DNA of 64,000 nt from Candidatus Hydrogenedentota bacterium. GTDB lineage: Bacteria; Hydrogenedentota; Hydrogenedentia; Hydrogenedentales; JAEUWI01. Positions 18,026 to 28,421 of this stretch are shown piece by piece (the first letter of the stretch is position 1; every line of letters begins with the position of its first letter). The translations under genes and the position numbers were made by a program. The notes under the pieces were generated by a model, which saw only the letters and a list, made by a program, of their open reading frames with translations, was not told the DNA's origin and searched no databases. Location: assembly GCA_034669905.1 (NCBI GenBank), contig JAXMOL010000001.1, forward strand, positions 224,001 through 288,000, read 5' to 3'.

Positions 18026-19978
18026 TCAGGGCACCACGTGGTAGAGGTTATAGGGCTGACTTTTCAGCACGGGCTCCAACTGCAGCCTCATCTCACTCGG
18101 GGCCAGGATATAGTCAAACCCATAGGCCTCGGCGAGGACGTGCCACTCCTCTTTCGTCCGACTGGGCCAGCTGGCAAGGGGTTCCTCCGTCATATCCCCA
18201 TCCACAGGAAAGCCGTAGACATCGGCGTGCATCTTCTTGAGGCTCGGGGCCAGATAACGCAGGTAGGTCATGTGGTGAGCGGCCTGGTAGTCCGCGAAAA
18301 TCGGATGGCGGGTTTTGGCGAGCCAGGCCACGTCCCAATAGGGCGGTACAAGCATGGCATCCGACTCGCCCCGTTCGGCGAGATAATCTACCACCTCCTG
18401 CTGCAAGGGGTGGACGGGCAGCTGTTCCCGATGGGCGAGTTGGCCCACGAGGAGTTGGGCTCCCAGGGTCAGTAAGAGGATTCCCTGGTAGGCACCTACC
18501 GGCCCGGCAAGCTCGCCCAACTTCTCGAAGCGAATAAGCACCGCTGCCACGACCAATCCCGCAACCAGAGCGGCCAGCGCAAAGGGCGATAGTCCCGCGA
18601 GGAGAAAAGCGCCGCACACGGCAAAAAGCAGCGGGAGGAAGAGCGAGCGCCCGTGCACCATGCGTGCATAACCCAGGGCGGCCAAAGCACCGCCACACAG
18701 GAGCCACAGGGCCGTGTCGGGATTGTTGAAGTAGCGGGTCGCCAAGCCTTCGGGGAGTATCACTTGCCAAAGAGGACCGAGGGACACCCACAACAAGATC
18801 AGGCACACAAAGATGCGGGAAGCAAAGGGGGGCCAATCGTTGGTGCCTGGCGTCCGCGCCAGCAATCCCAGGGCCAGGGGCACCAACAGAATGGCCAGGT
18901 GATTGGTCAGGCGGTAGGGCATCCAACCCAACAGCAAGAAGGGTATCTCCCCGCCGACCACCTGATGCACCAGCCAGATGAGTCCCACAACGGTGGCGAG
19001 AATGCCCGCATAGAGCGTGACCCAGCCTCGGTCCCGTTCTCCCATGGCCTGTCCCCGCTCCAGGGCGAGGCTGCCGCCGGCCATCAACAAGACCAGCGCC
19101 ACCCCCACTCCACTTTTCCAGAAGGGATTGAGCCGGGCGAAACCGCGATGGAGATCATAGCGCTCCGTGTAGGCCGCCCAGATGGCGTGGGTATCACCCG
19201 TGGCCGCGTAGGCCCCTTCGGTGGGCAAGGGCACGTGAAGACGCGACTGGATGGCGTAGAAAATCACGCAGGGCACCAATCCCAAAGCGAAATAGCCCAA
19301 GGCCTGCACGACCCGCCTATGGTCCCGCTGATAGCAATAGATAAGCCACTGCACCCCGGCCACGGCCCCAATAACGGGTAGTTGTCCGATATGGATGGCC
19401 ACCATGAGCCCCAGGAGAAGCCAGACGGTCCGCCAGCAATCATAGAGCAACAGGGCAAAGACCAGTAGCGCGTAGCCCGTGCCGATTTGTCCGATGGCAT
19501 ACATGTGGGGCCAGGATTCGATAGGGTAGTAACTCTGCAGGCCCTGATGAATGCCCAACAAAACCAATACGACAGCGATATGGCCATACCACGTCTTTCC
19601 GGAAAAACGGGTGCCCAGCAAGAAGACCGGTACGGTGCAGAAAACAAGCTGGAGCACGTTGCGGTAGCCATTCACGAGAAGGGGCGAATCCACGAAGTGC
19701 AGCACCAGCGCCGACAGGTAGCTCTGCCCACTGAAGACATTCCGGCAATATTGATAGCAGGGATGGCCCTCGGGATAGGGCACGAGGCCCGTGATCAGGA
19801 GGGCGTGCTCATAGGTCTCTTCCCAGCGAACGCCGCGTAGTGCGACGGCGAAAAGTGAAAAAGCGACCCAGCCGAGGCTGCCATACCACAATGATCGAAA
19901 GTCGATGGACTGCTTTTCTTGTTGACGTGCCGAGGAAATAGCGATGGCTCCCGTAGTGCGTTGGAAGGAAGGCCCCAT
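18026..19978 (-). CDS. Large polytopic membrane protein, possibly GT-C-like; start uncertain
   Basis: Many hydrophobic segments, N-terminal VRWEETYE acidic loop, soluble C-terminal domain (LAEAYGFDYIL). Confidence 0.6.
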   Translation of the reverse strand: MGPSFQRTTGAIAISSARQQEKQSIDFRSLWYGSLGWVAFSLFAVALRGVRWEETYEHALLITGLVPYPEGHPCYQYCRNVFSGQSYLSALVLHFVDSPLLVNGYRNVLQLVFCTVPVFLLGTRFSGKTWYGHIAVVLVLLGIHQGLQSYYPIESWPHMYAIGQIGTGYALLVFALLLYDCWRTVWLLLGLMVAIHIGQLPVIGAVAGVQWLIYCYQRDHRRVVQALGYFALGLVPCVIFYAIQSRLHVPLPTEGAYAATGDTHAIWAAYTERYDLHRGFARLNPFWKSGVGVALVLLMAGGSLALERGQAMGERDRGWVTLYAGILATVVGLIWLVHQVVGGEIPFLLLGWMPYRLTNHLAILLVPLALGLLARTPGTNDWPPFASRIFVCLILLWVSLGPLWQVILPEGLATRYFNNPDTALWLLCGGALAALGYARMVHGRSLFLPLLFAVCGAFLLAGLSPFALAALVAGLVVAAVLIRFEKLGELAGPVGAYQGILLLTLGAQLLVGQLAHREQLPVHPLQQEVVDYLAERGESDAMLVPPYWDVAWLAKTRHPIFADYQAAHHMTYLRYLAPSLKKMHADVYGFPVDGDMTEEPLASWPSRTKEEWHVLAEAYGFDYILAPSEMRLQLEPVLKSQPYNLYHVVP

Positions 19979-20060
19979 TATAGACGGGAGCACGTGCAAA
20001 TTATAGGCAGAAAAATGGGCCTTTGCAGCGCATCGGGCAGGAGCGCGGGGTAGTTGCAAT

Positions 20061-20091
20061 CTCGTTCCCAAGCGCTGCCTGGGAATGCAGC
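20061..20091. repeat. CTCGTTCCCA..TGGGAATGCAG palindromic REP-like element
   Basis: ctcgttcccaagcgctgcctgggaatgcag; related copies at 12728-12757 (reverse) and 61985-62014. Confidence 0.75.
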
Positions 20092-20093
20092 CC

Positions 20094-20543
20094 CTATAGC
20101 GCCTTTACCAGAAAAAACTTGCTGTTCCCCTGGGAATCCCAATCGGCCAACTCGCCCCTGACCACATAGCCCGCCGCCTGGTAGAATTCCGGCGCCTGAT
20201 AGGCCATCGTGTCCACATAAGCATGGCAACAACCCCGCGCCACCGCAATGGCCTCCGCCATTTCGAGAAGCGCACGGCCGATGCCCTGCCCGCGCAAGGC
20301 TTCCTCCACGGCCATGACGTCGGTCTTGAGCCACGTGAATTGGGTCGTTCCGAATAGCCCACCCACCACTGAGCCTTTGCCGTCATAGGCAAGCAATTGG
20401 ATAGGTACCGCCTCGTTCTCTGTGCGCTCCCGGGCTTCCCAGAACGCCGGGTTGGCCCGTTGGTTGTGGTTGCGAAGGATCGTAAAGACCGTTTCCTGGT
20501 CGGCGTCGTGCATGTCATCGATGGATTCAATCTGAAAACGCAT
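20094..20543 (-). CDS. GNAT family N-acetyltransferase
   Basis: RGQGIGRALL acetyl-CoA motif; DTMAYQAPEFYQAAGY. Confidence 0.92.
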   Translation of the reverse strand: MRFQIESIDDMHDADQETVFTILRNHNQRANPAFWEARERTENEAVPIQLLAYDGKGSVVGGLFGTTQFTWLKTDVMAVEEALRGQGIGRALLEMAEAIAVARGCCHAYVDTMAYQAPEFYQAAGYVVRGELADWDSQGNSKFFLVKAL

Positions 20544-20681
20544 GGTGTATCGATTCCCTTTTTACGCGACCGCCCTGCGTCGCATGACTCCATTGTAGTC
20601 ACGGCACGGGGCAAATCACAGGGGCGGCGGGCGCGGTGGCTATGCTATAGTGCCGGGCGTTACCGGTATGAAGGAATCTGC

Positions 20682-22811
20682 ATGGACGCACCCGAAGAAT
20701 CGAATCCCCCCACCGCCCGCTGGGCCACCCTACGTGGCTGGTTCCGCCCGTGCGTGCCCGATGTTCGTCGTGCCCTGGCCCTCTTCGGGATGGCCTTTGT
20801 TATGGGGGTCGTCTATGTAAGCACCTGGGGCGGCCCACCCGAATTCTGGCAGCAGATCTTCGGCCCCTCGGTCATGATGGCCTGTGGTGAAGGCTTCACC
20901 AATCCCCACCTCGACGACGTGCCGGGCCTCGAAGACTTCCTCTATCTACGCGCCGAGTCCTTCCCCTGTGAAAACATCCCCGCCGACGTCCGGCGCTTGC
21001 CGTCCGACACGAGTGCGATGGATTACGATACGGTCCAGGAATTCCACCCCGAGCCCCAATTCAAGGGGTGGACCCAGTGGCAGCGTTTTCACCGCTATCT
21101 CTTGATGAGCGTGGCCCTGTGTTTCTACCTCTTCGGCGTGGCGTGGCAGTCCCTCGTGCCCCTCTATGGCCTCCTCTACGGCCTCACCAACGCCTTGGGC
21201 TATGGCCTCTTTCGGCTGGCCATGGGCAGGCGCTGGGCGACCGGCTTTGCCCTCCTCCTCATGACCTCGCCGGTGCATTTGCAGCAACTCCCCCAGCTCC
21301 GGGACTACAGCAAGGCCCCCTTCTTCTTCCTGATCATGCTGATTATGGGTTGCTTACTGACACGCCCCTTGCCCCTCCGCCTTCAGGTGCCCCTGGCGGC
21401 AATGGCGGGATTCGTGGGGGGACTCGGCCTGGGCTTCCGTCAGGATATTGCCTTTGCGGCCGCCGTCTTCTGCCTCTTGGTGGCCCTCTTTTCGCCGGGG
21501 CATATCAAGAAAACGTGGTGGCGACGGGGCCTGATTATCACCGTATTCTTGGCAGCCGTTGCCGTGCTGGGAACGCCCATCGTGCGGGTGCTTTCCGGCG
21601 TCAACAACTCCACCCACGACACGATTATCGGCTTCACCCACTATTGTGACGAGCGCCTGGGCGTGGAAGCTCCGCTCTATGATTTCGGCGACCCCTTTCT
21701 CGATGAATACGTGCGCGCTATCCTCATGGGCTATGCCCACCGCACCGAAGGGCGCACCGAAGTTTTCCGCCACTACTCGCCGGACTATGATGCCGCCGGA
21801 AAAGCCTACTTTCGCGACATCGCCACCACCTTCCCCGCCGATCTCATCGTGCGCGGCTACGCCTCGGTGCTCCGCATCGTCGACGAGCTCCAGATCAGCT
21901 CCGCCAACAACGCGCCCCGGGGTATCACGAATCAGTTCGTGGCCCGACTCTATCAGTGGCGACAGGCCCTCCTCGATGGCATACCCGGCGGCGGACGTTA
22001 TTACGTGGCCGCCATGCTGCTGGTGCTGGGCGCGATCAATCCCCGACTGGCCCTCGCCCTCTTTATCGCCATCATGATACTGGCGGGCTATCCGGCCCTG
22101 CGCTTCAGCGAGCGTCACGCCTTCCACATGGAAATCGTGTCTCTATTTGCCCTGGGTTTTCTCCTCCACGGCCTCTATCTCGCAGCGACCACGGGCTGGA
22201 AACGACGTCATGAATTCACCTGGACGGCGGGCCTCCATGCGACCAAGGGCTACGTCCTCCGTGGTGCGGTCGTCGCCACCACCCTGGTCGCGCTCTTGCT
22301 GGTTCCCCTCTACACCGCACGACTCTGGCAATCCCGCCAGGTACCGCCCCTCCTCGCCGCTTACGCCCAGGCCGAGCGGGAACTCGTGCGGACGGAAGTG
22401 ACCCCGGTAGACGACACGACCGTGCAGATGGCCCTCCCCACCCTGGTCTCCCGGATGGGAGACGAAGGTCCCCTTCCCATGTATACCGAAGTGCTGGTCC
22501 TGGAATTTGCGCCGGGGGACACAGCGGTACCTGTCGATTTCACCTACGAAGCCGATCACCCCAACTTCTTGTTCAATCGGAGTATGACCGTGCCTGCCCG
22601 TTCGCAGGACACGGAACCCACCCATCTCTACTATCCCCTCTACCACGGATTGGACGCGCGCTTTCAGGCCATTCGGCTTTCGAAGGCGGGACATGAACGT
22701 CTTCGGGGAGTCTATCGGCTCGTGGATCTCAGCGACCGGGGCATCTTGCTCAATGCCGTCTTGCCACCGGACTGGGAACGCGGCCCCTTCTACCAGAAGT
22801 TTTCACGATAA
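20682..22811 (+). CDS. Large polytopic membrane protein (GT-C/PMT-like)
   Basis: Multiple TM segments; LRDYSKAPFF and GLGFRQD motifs; periplasmic loops; AAGGA RBS before the ATG at 20682. Confidence 0.6.
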   Translation: MDAPEESNPPTARWATLRGWFRPCVPDVRRALALFGMAFVMGVVYVSTWGGPPEFWQQIFGPSVMMACGEGFTNPHLDDVPGLEDFLYLRAESFPCENIPADVRRLPSDTSAMDYDTVQEFHPEPQFKGWTQWQRFHRYLLMSVALCFYLFGVAWQSLVPLYGLLYGLTNALGYGLFRLAMGRRWATGFALLLMTSPVHLQQLPQLRDYSKAPFFFLIMLIMGCLLTRPLPLRLQVPLAAMAGFVGGLGLGFRQDIAFAAAVFCLLVALFSPGHIKKTWWRRGLIITVFLAAVAVLGTPIVRVLSGVNNSTHDTIIGFTHYCDERLGVEAPLYDFGDPFLDEYVRAILMGYAHRTEGRTEVFRHYSPDYDAAGKAYFRDIATTFPADLIVRGYASVLRIVDELQISSANNAPRGITNQFVARLYQWRQALLDGIPGGGRYYVAAMLLVLGAINPRLALALFIAIMILAGYPALRFSERHAFHMEIVSLFALGFLLHGLYLAATTGWKRRHEFTWTAGLHATKGYVLRGAVVATTLVALLLVPLYTARLWQSRQVPPLLAAYAQAERELVRTEVTPVDDTTVQMALPTLVSRMGDEGPLPMYTEVLVLEFAPGDTAVPVDFTYEADHPNFLFNRSMTVPARSQDTEPTHLYYPLYHGLDARFQAIRLSKAGHERLRGVYRLVDLSDRGILLNAVLPPDWERGPFYQKFSR

Positions 22812-22901
22812 GCGCCTCGGTCAAACTTGCCTGAAGTGCCCCTTATGTCTCACAATGCCCTTTGTAAAATGAAGGTCACTTTACTAATCGGGAGTAAGCG
22901 C

Positions 22902-24038
22902 ATGCTGTACGGACTACGGGGCCTCGCCCTCTCCATCTTTTTGGGTTTGGCTTTCACCGCCTCCGCCGGGGACAAGGTCATGGAAACGTGGCATCTTGCA
23001 CCCTTCTGGCAATCCGACACGATGCACGGCGAAAGCCTCTTTTTCCTGGAGCCGGAAGCAGGCGCTCCCGCAACCGCGCCCCTGCTCTTCACCCCCATCA
23101 AGGTCCTCTCCCTCATTCACCCCCCTACGGGCACGACCTATGAAGTGGGCCGGGATTATATTGTGGACGTCGAGAAAAAGCGCATCACCCTGACGGACGA
23201 TTCCCGTATCCCTTTCACCACCCGCAAAGACTTTGAGCCACCACTTGGCGCGAGCGGTCAACTGTACAAAGACGAAACACGGGATATCTTTTTTGGCGCC
23301 GGCCCCTACTTTCATAACCGGCAGGTTGAAATCAGCTACACCCACGCGCCCGATGCCTGGGCGGCCATGAAGGGACCCCAGCCCGAGGCGACGGCCCACC
23401 TGCCCCGCACGGCTGCGATTTTAAAATCGGGCAAGCCCCTGTCTCTGTGCCTGTTGGGCGACAGCATTTCCACTGGACTGGACGCCTCGTCGACCTCCGA
23501 CACGGCCCCCCACGCCCCTGGCTACGGGATGCTGGTCGCCCATGGCCTGGAAGAAATCTTCGGAAGCCCCGTGGCCTTCACCAATTTCTCCGTGAGCGGT
23601 ATGGCCGCACCCTGGGGCGCCAAACAGGCACCGGCCGTGGCCGCCAAGAAGCCCGACCTGGTCCTTATCGCCTTTGGGATGAATGACGCCTCCTCCCGCC
23701 GTGCGCCCGATGTATTTCGCGCCGACATCGAGGGCATCATGGCCGGCATCCGCAGTGCCCACCCGGACTCCGAGTTTCTACTCGTATCCACGATGCGGGG
23801 CAACCCCGACTGGAAACACACGGCCCCCGAACTCTACCCCCAGTATCGTGATGCGCTCCTGACCCTGGAAAAACCCGGCGTGGCCGTCGCGGATCTGACG
23901 GCCTTCTGGACTACCCTGCTGGCCCACAAGCAATTTGTCGACATCACGGGCAACGGGGTCAACCATCCCAATGACTTTGGCCACCGGGTCTACGCGCAGG
24001 TCATTCTGGCCCGTCTTGGATTCAGCCCCACGGAGTAA
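22902..24038 (+). CDS. SGNH/GDSL hydrolase, secreted
   Basis: Signal peptide; GDSIS, AFGMND and NHPNDFGH blocks. Confidence 0.88.
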   Translation: MLYGLRGLALSIFLGLAFTASAGDKVMETWHLAPFWQSDTMHGESLFFLEPEAGAPATAPLLFTPIKVLSLIHPPTGTTYEVGRDYIVDVEKKRITLTDDSRIPFTTRKDFEPPLGASGQLYKDETRDIFFGAGPYFHNRQVEISYTHAPDAWAAMKGPQPEATAHLPRTAAILKSGKPLSLCLLGDSISTGLDASSTSDTAPHAPGYGMLVAHGLEEIFGSPVAFTNFSVSGMAAPWGAKQAPAVAAKKPDLVLIAFGMNDASSRRAPDVFRADIEGIMAGIRSAHPDSEFLLVSTMRGNPDWKHTAPELYPQYRDALLTLEKPGVAVADLTAFWTTLLAHKQFVDITGNGVNHPNDFGHRVYAQVILARLGFSPTE

Positions 24039-24041
24039 CAC

Positions 24042-25541
24042 GTGTCGTCTCCAGAAAACAAGGAGCCTGTACTCGATTCCATCGCCTTTCGGGCGCTGGG
24101 CGAATTAAGTATGGGTATTGTCATCACCCGGGACAACAAGGTGGTCTACAGCAATGCGGCCTTCACGTCCATGACCGGGCTCGAGGCGGATGCCATTGCG
24201 GATTCCCGCCATCCCTTCCTGGGCCCCCCACTGGTCACCACCGCCACGGCCCAGTTGATGCAATCCTACCTGGACGAACCCAGCCCCTCCACACCGCTAC
24301 GCCTGGACTACGTCCGTGCCGACAGTTTATCCGCCTGGAACGAGGTTCAGCTTTTTCGGGAAGGCGCCTATGTCACCTGGATGCATCGAGACGTCACCCA
24401 GCAAATGGGTACCCACGAGCTCTGGCAACGCTATGAATTCCTGGTGGACACCTCCCATCAGTTTATGGCGCTTGTGAATCCGGAATATGCCTATGAACTG
24501 GTCAACCGCTCCTTTGCGGCCGCCTTCGATACAACGCCCCAGGAAGTCTATGGGGTCCATGCCGCCACCGTCTGGGGAAAGAGCATGTTCTCCAACGTGG
24601 TCGCCCCCCACCTCGACCACTCCTTTCAGGGCAAGGAAGTCCGGGTCATTCACGAAGTCGATCTGCCGGTTGGCGGACGCCGTTACCTCGACATGATCTA
24701 TACGCCCTACAAGAATCAGGAGGGGGCTGTTGTCCACGTCGTGTTCGTGGCGTGGGATGTTACCAAAGAAAAGACTGCCACCGATGCGGTGCGCGACGTC
24801 AATCGCGCGCTGGAGCAGCGGGTGGCCTCCCGCACGGCGGAGCTGCAGGACACGCTGCAAGAGTTGGAAGCCTTCAACTATACGATTGCCCACGATTTGC
24901 GATCGCCCCTTCGCTTTCTCAAAACCTTCACCAAAATGCTCGACGAAACCTGCGATGAAAGTCTGGGCGATCCCGGCCGTTACTATGTCTCCATGATTTC
25001 CCAGGGCGTGGCGGAAATGCAGCACATGATCGATCGGCTGCTCGACTTCTCCCGCCTGAGCCGAAAACCGCTGTGCCTCGAAAAGTGCAACTTGAACGAC
25101 GTGGTGTTTCGGGCGAAACAGTCGGTCTTCTTCGAAGGAAACACCCAGGTCGAGATCAGAGAACTACCCCAGTGTCTGGGCGACGCCGATCTGCTCAAGC
25201 AGGTCTTTGTGAATCTCCTCCAGAACGCGGGCAAATTCAGCCAGAAGAACCCGTCTCCGAAAATCGAAGTCTTCGCCGAGCCATCGGAGCCATCGAAGGT
25301 CCGCATTTGTGTGCGGGACAATGGGGAAGGCTTTCACATGACCCACGCAGAAGCGATGTTTGCGCCCTTCAAACAAATCCACGAACACACCGACGACCAG
25401 GGGAGTGGCCTGGGGCTTGCCATTGTGCGGCGGATTGTGGAGCGCCATGGCGGACGGGTCTGGGCGGAGAGCGAAGAGGGGCTGGAAGCACGCTTTTACG
25501 TTGAACTGCGTAGCATGGGCACACCAACCCCCCAAAATTGA
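24042..25541 (+). CDS. PAS-domain sensor histidine kinase (cytoplasmic)
   Basis: Two PAS-like regions; IAHDLRSPL H-box; NLLQNAGKF; DNGEGF; GSGLGLAIV. Confidence 0.95.
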   Translation: MSSPENKEPVLDSIAFRALGELSMGIVITRDNKVVYSNAAFTSMTGLEADAIADSRHPFLGPPLVTTATAQLMQSYLDEPSPSTPLRLDYVRADSLSAWNEVQLFREGAYVTWMHRDVTQQMGTHELWQRYEFLVDTSHQFMALVNPEYAYELVNRSFAAAFDTTPQEVYGVHAATVWGKSMFSNVVAPHLDHSFQGKEVRVIHEVDLPVGGRRYLDMIYTPYKNQEGAVVHVVFVAWDVTKEKTATDAVRDVNRALEQRVASRTAELQDTLQELEAFNYTIAHDLRSPLRFLKTFTKMLDETCDESLGDPGRYYVSMISQGVAEMQHMIDRLLDFSRLSRKPLCLEKCNLNDVVFRAKQSVFFEGNTQVEIRELPQCLGDADLLKQVFVNLLQNAGKFSQKNPSPKIEVFAEPSEPSKVRICVRDNGEGFHMTHAEAMFAPFKQIHEHTDDQGSGLGLAIVRRIVERHGGRVWAESEEGLEARFYVELRSMGTPTPQN

Positions 25542-25884
25542 ACTCCGCAGGCTAATTCACCGGATGGGACCCACCCGAAAAAGTACGTCGCGCCCTCCCG
25601 ACAATCGATTCCGCCCAGCCCCCCGTTACGATTGTGCTAGATAGTTGGTGTATTTTTCGATACAATGAGGGTGTGTGTAGCGTTGGCAATGCAGGTGTCT
25701 CGGGATCGTCACCTGAATCGGGGAGCAACTGACTCTCGTATTGGCCATAGCGTGCAATACGTTCGTACACGCCTACATACCGAACGGTTACGATTGGGAA
25801 GATCGAAACCGCGCTGACACGGGCAGTTTCTTTGCTGCCCGGTGTGGTTTCGAGTAACAGTTATTGCAGGAATTCGAGGCATAA

Positions 25885-26607
25885 ATGCGAACCGAAAAAA
25901 TCCTGGTTGTCGAAGACGAAGATGATGCGCTTACCCGCACCCGTCAGGTTCTGGAAGACGACGGGTATACGGTCACCACAGCGAAAAACGGATTGGATGC
26001 GTTGATGCAGATTGCCGACCACCAGCCGGACCTGGTGGTGCTGGATATCAATCTTGATGAGGGGGAAGGCAATTCCCCGACCATGGACGGCATTGAAGTA
26101 CTACGGGAAATGCGGAAGGAGTCGGACGCTTGCGTCCTCATGCTGACGACAACGTCCATCAGCTATGTGAAGGTCGCCGCACTGACCATGGGTGCCGACG
26201 ACTACCTCACCAAACCCTTCGACCCCAAAGAACTCACCGCCCGCGTTCAGGCCATCTTGCGACGTGCCAAAGGAACCGCACGCGGTTCAGACACCCTGGA
26301 GTTTCAGGGACTCAGCATTGATCCGGGCGCGCGCATTGTCTTGAAGCATGGCGAAGATGTAAAGCTCACGCCCATCGAATTTGATTTGCTGCTCGCACTC
26401 GCGCGACGTCCCGGACAGGTCATCGGGCGCAGCCAGCTCATCAGCCAGGCCTGGAATTTCAAGTATGCTGGCGACGAGCGTCTGGTGGATGTGCACATGG
26501 GACGCTTGCGCAAGAAGCTGGAAGACGATACCTCCAATCCACGTTTGATCATGACCGTCTGGGGCAAGGGCTATCGCTTCGAGGGGGTTGCGGCCAACTC
26601 CGACTAA
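25885..26607 (+). CDS. OmpR/PhoB family response regulator
   Basis: VVEDE, VLDINL, GADDYLTKPF receiver; winged helix LTPIEFDLL..VDVHMGRLRKKL..TVWGKGYRF. Confidence 0.95.
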   Translation: MRTEKILVVEDEDDALTRTRQVLEDDGYTVTTAKNGLDALMQIADHQPDLVVLDINLDEGEGNSPTMDGIEVLREMRKESDACVLMLTTTSISYVKVAALTMGADDYLTKPFDPKELTARVQAILRRAKGTARGSDTLEFQGLSIDPGARIVLKHGEDVKLTPIEFDLLLALARRPGQVIGRSQLISQAWNFKYAGDERLVDVHMGRLRKKLEDDTSNPRLIMTVWGKGYRFEGVAANSD

Positions 26608-26622
26608 AGGGGAAGCATCGCA

Positions 26623-26976
26623 ATGATTACTGCGCCAGAAATGGAAAATGGTATTGCCATCGTGGCCTTTACCCAGGACAGCCTGGATGCGAGCAACACC
26701 AAGGTTTTCCGTGAAGCCATTCAGCCCGTGCTGGAAAACAACAAGAGCGTACTCCTGGATCTCTATGCCCTGCAGTTTGTCGACAGCTCCGGGCTGGGCG
26801 CCCTGCTCTCCTGTCTACGTGCCGTCAACGATGGCGGCGGCACCCTCGCCCTCTGCAACATGAGCAAACCGGTGCGCACCCTTTTCGAGTTGGTGCGCAT
26901 GTTTCGCATCTTCGATATCTACGCATCCCGCTTCGAAGCCCTCACGGCGATGAACGTGGGCACTACGCCAGAATAG
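26623..26976 (+). CDS. STAS-domain anti-sigma-factor antagonist
   Basis: LDASN..FVDSSGLGALL motif; the 3' end overlaps the convergent DUF1501 gene by 14 bp. Confidence 0.92.
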   Translation: MITAPEMENGIAIVAFTQDSLDASNTKVFREAIQPVLENNKSVLLDLYALQFVDSSGLGALLSCLRAVNDGGGTLALCNMSKPVRTLFELVRMFRIFDIYASRFEALTAMNVGTTPE

Positions 26977-28405
26977 GCTTCACCACGTGACCCGCCACAT
27001 CGGTCAGGCGGAAATCACGTCCCTGAAACCGAAACGTCATCTTGGTGTGCTCAATGCCCAGCAGGTGTAGAAGCGTCGCGTGGAAATCATGGACGTGGAC
27101 GACGTCCTCCACCGCGTTGTATCCAAAGTCGTCGGTCGCGCCGTGGGTGATCCCCCCCTGGACACCCCCTCCGGCCATCCACAGGGAAAAGCCCTTGATG
27201 TGGTGGTCGCGCCCGGAGCCCTGGGCCATCGGTGTGCGGCCAAATTCGCCGCCCCAGATGATCAGCGTATCTTCCAACATTCCCCGCTGGGCGAGATCCT
27301 TGACGAGTGCCGCCGAAGCCTGGTCCACCAGTTTTGCGGTGGTTTCCACCCCGCCCTTAATTCCCCCGTGGTGATCCCACCCGCGGTGATAAAGCTGGAT
27401 AAAGCGCACGCCCCGTTCCGCCATTCGCCGGGCCAACAGACAGTTCGCCGCAAAGCTGCCATCGGCCCCTTCCGTGCCATACATTTCGCGGATGTATTGC
27501 GGTTCGCTGGAAAAGTCCACCAGCTCCGGCACACTGGTCTGCATCTTGAACGCCATTTCGTACTGGCTGATGCGGGTCTGAATTTCCGGATCTTCGACCA
27601 CCCCATCCCGATGTTGGTTTAAGGTCTGCACGGCATCCACCACATCCCGTTGACGGGTCCTATTGATGCCTTCAGGATTACTCAGATACAGCACCGGGTC
27701 GCCCTGCGAATGAAACTGAACTCCCTGGTATTTGCTCGGGAGAAATCCGCTGTGCCACTGACGGGCCGCGATGGGCTGGCTTTGCCCACCCCCGACGGAA
27801 GTCAAGACCACGAAGCCGGGCAGGTTGTCCGCTTCGTTCCCCAGCCCATAGGTAATCCAACTCCCCATACTCGGGCGACCGGAGATGGAGGTGCCCGTAT
27901 TCATAAAGGTGTGGGCGGGATCATGGTTAATCTGTTCTGTCTTCATGGACCGGATAATGCAGATGTCATCGGCGATACTGCCGATGTGTGGAAACACGGT
28001 CGCGATTTCCTGCTGCGACTTTCCGTACCGTGCGAAAGGATGCTGGGGGGCCAGACATTTGAGCTCTTTCCCCTGCAGCTGGGCAATAGGCTGGCCGGCC
28101 GTAATAGATTCCGGCATGACCTGTCCGTCGAGCTCGGCCAACTTCGGCTTGTAATCGAAAGACTCCAGATGGGATGGCCCACCCGCCATATAGAGGTAAA
28201 TGACCCGCTTGGCCTTGGGCACCTGATGGCGTGGCGTAACCAGCCCGTAGCGCAACGATTCCTCGAGGGAGGGCTTCGCGACGGCCGACGCGCTCTGCTG
28301 CATCAGGCCCGCCAGCGCAACCGAACCAATGCCCCGGGCCGCCTTACCGAAAAACTGCCGCCGTGTCTGCTTCAGTTGAAGATCGTGGTAATTCATGGGA
28401 TTCAC
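26963..28405 (-). CDS. DUF1501 family Tat-exported protein
   Basis: TRRQFF signal; AKRVIYLYMAGGPSHLESFDYKP; GWDHH; WGGEFGRTP; GRDHH. Confidence 0.93.
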   Translation of the reverse strand: MNPMNYHDLQLKQTRRQFFGKAARGIGSVALAGLMQQSASAVAKPSLEESLRYGLVTPRHQVPKAKRVIYLYMAGGPSHLESFDYKPKLAELDGQVMPESITAGQPIAQLQGKELKCLAPQHPFARYGKSQQEIATVFPHIGSIADDICIIRSMKTEQINHDPAHTFMNTGTSISGRPSMGSWITYGLGNEADNLPGFVVLTSVGGGQSQPIAARQWHSGFLPSKYQGVQFHSQGDPVLYLSNPEGINRTRQRDVVDAVQTLNQHRDGVVEDPEIQTRISQYEMAFKMQTSVPELVDFSSEPQYIREMYGTEGADGSFAANCLLARRMAERGVRFIQLYHRGWDHHGGIKGGVETTAKLVDQASAALVKDLAQRGMLEDTLIIWGGEFGRTPMAQGSGRDHHIKGFSLWMAGGGVQGGITHGATDDFGYNAVEDVVHVHDFHATLLHLLGIEHTKMTFRFQGRDFRLTDVAGHVVKPILA

Positions 28406-28421
28406 CTGATTGAGCCGTTTT

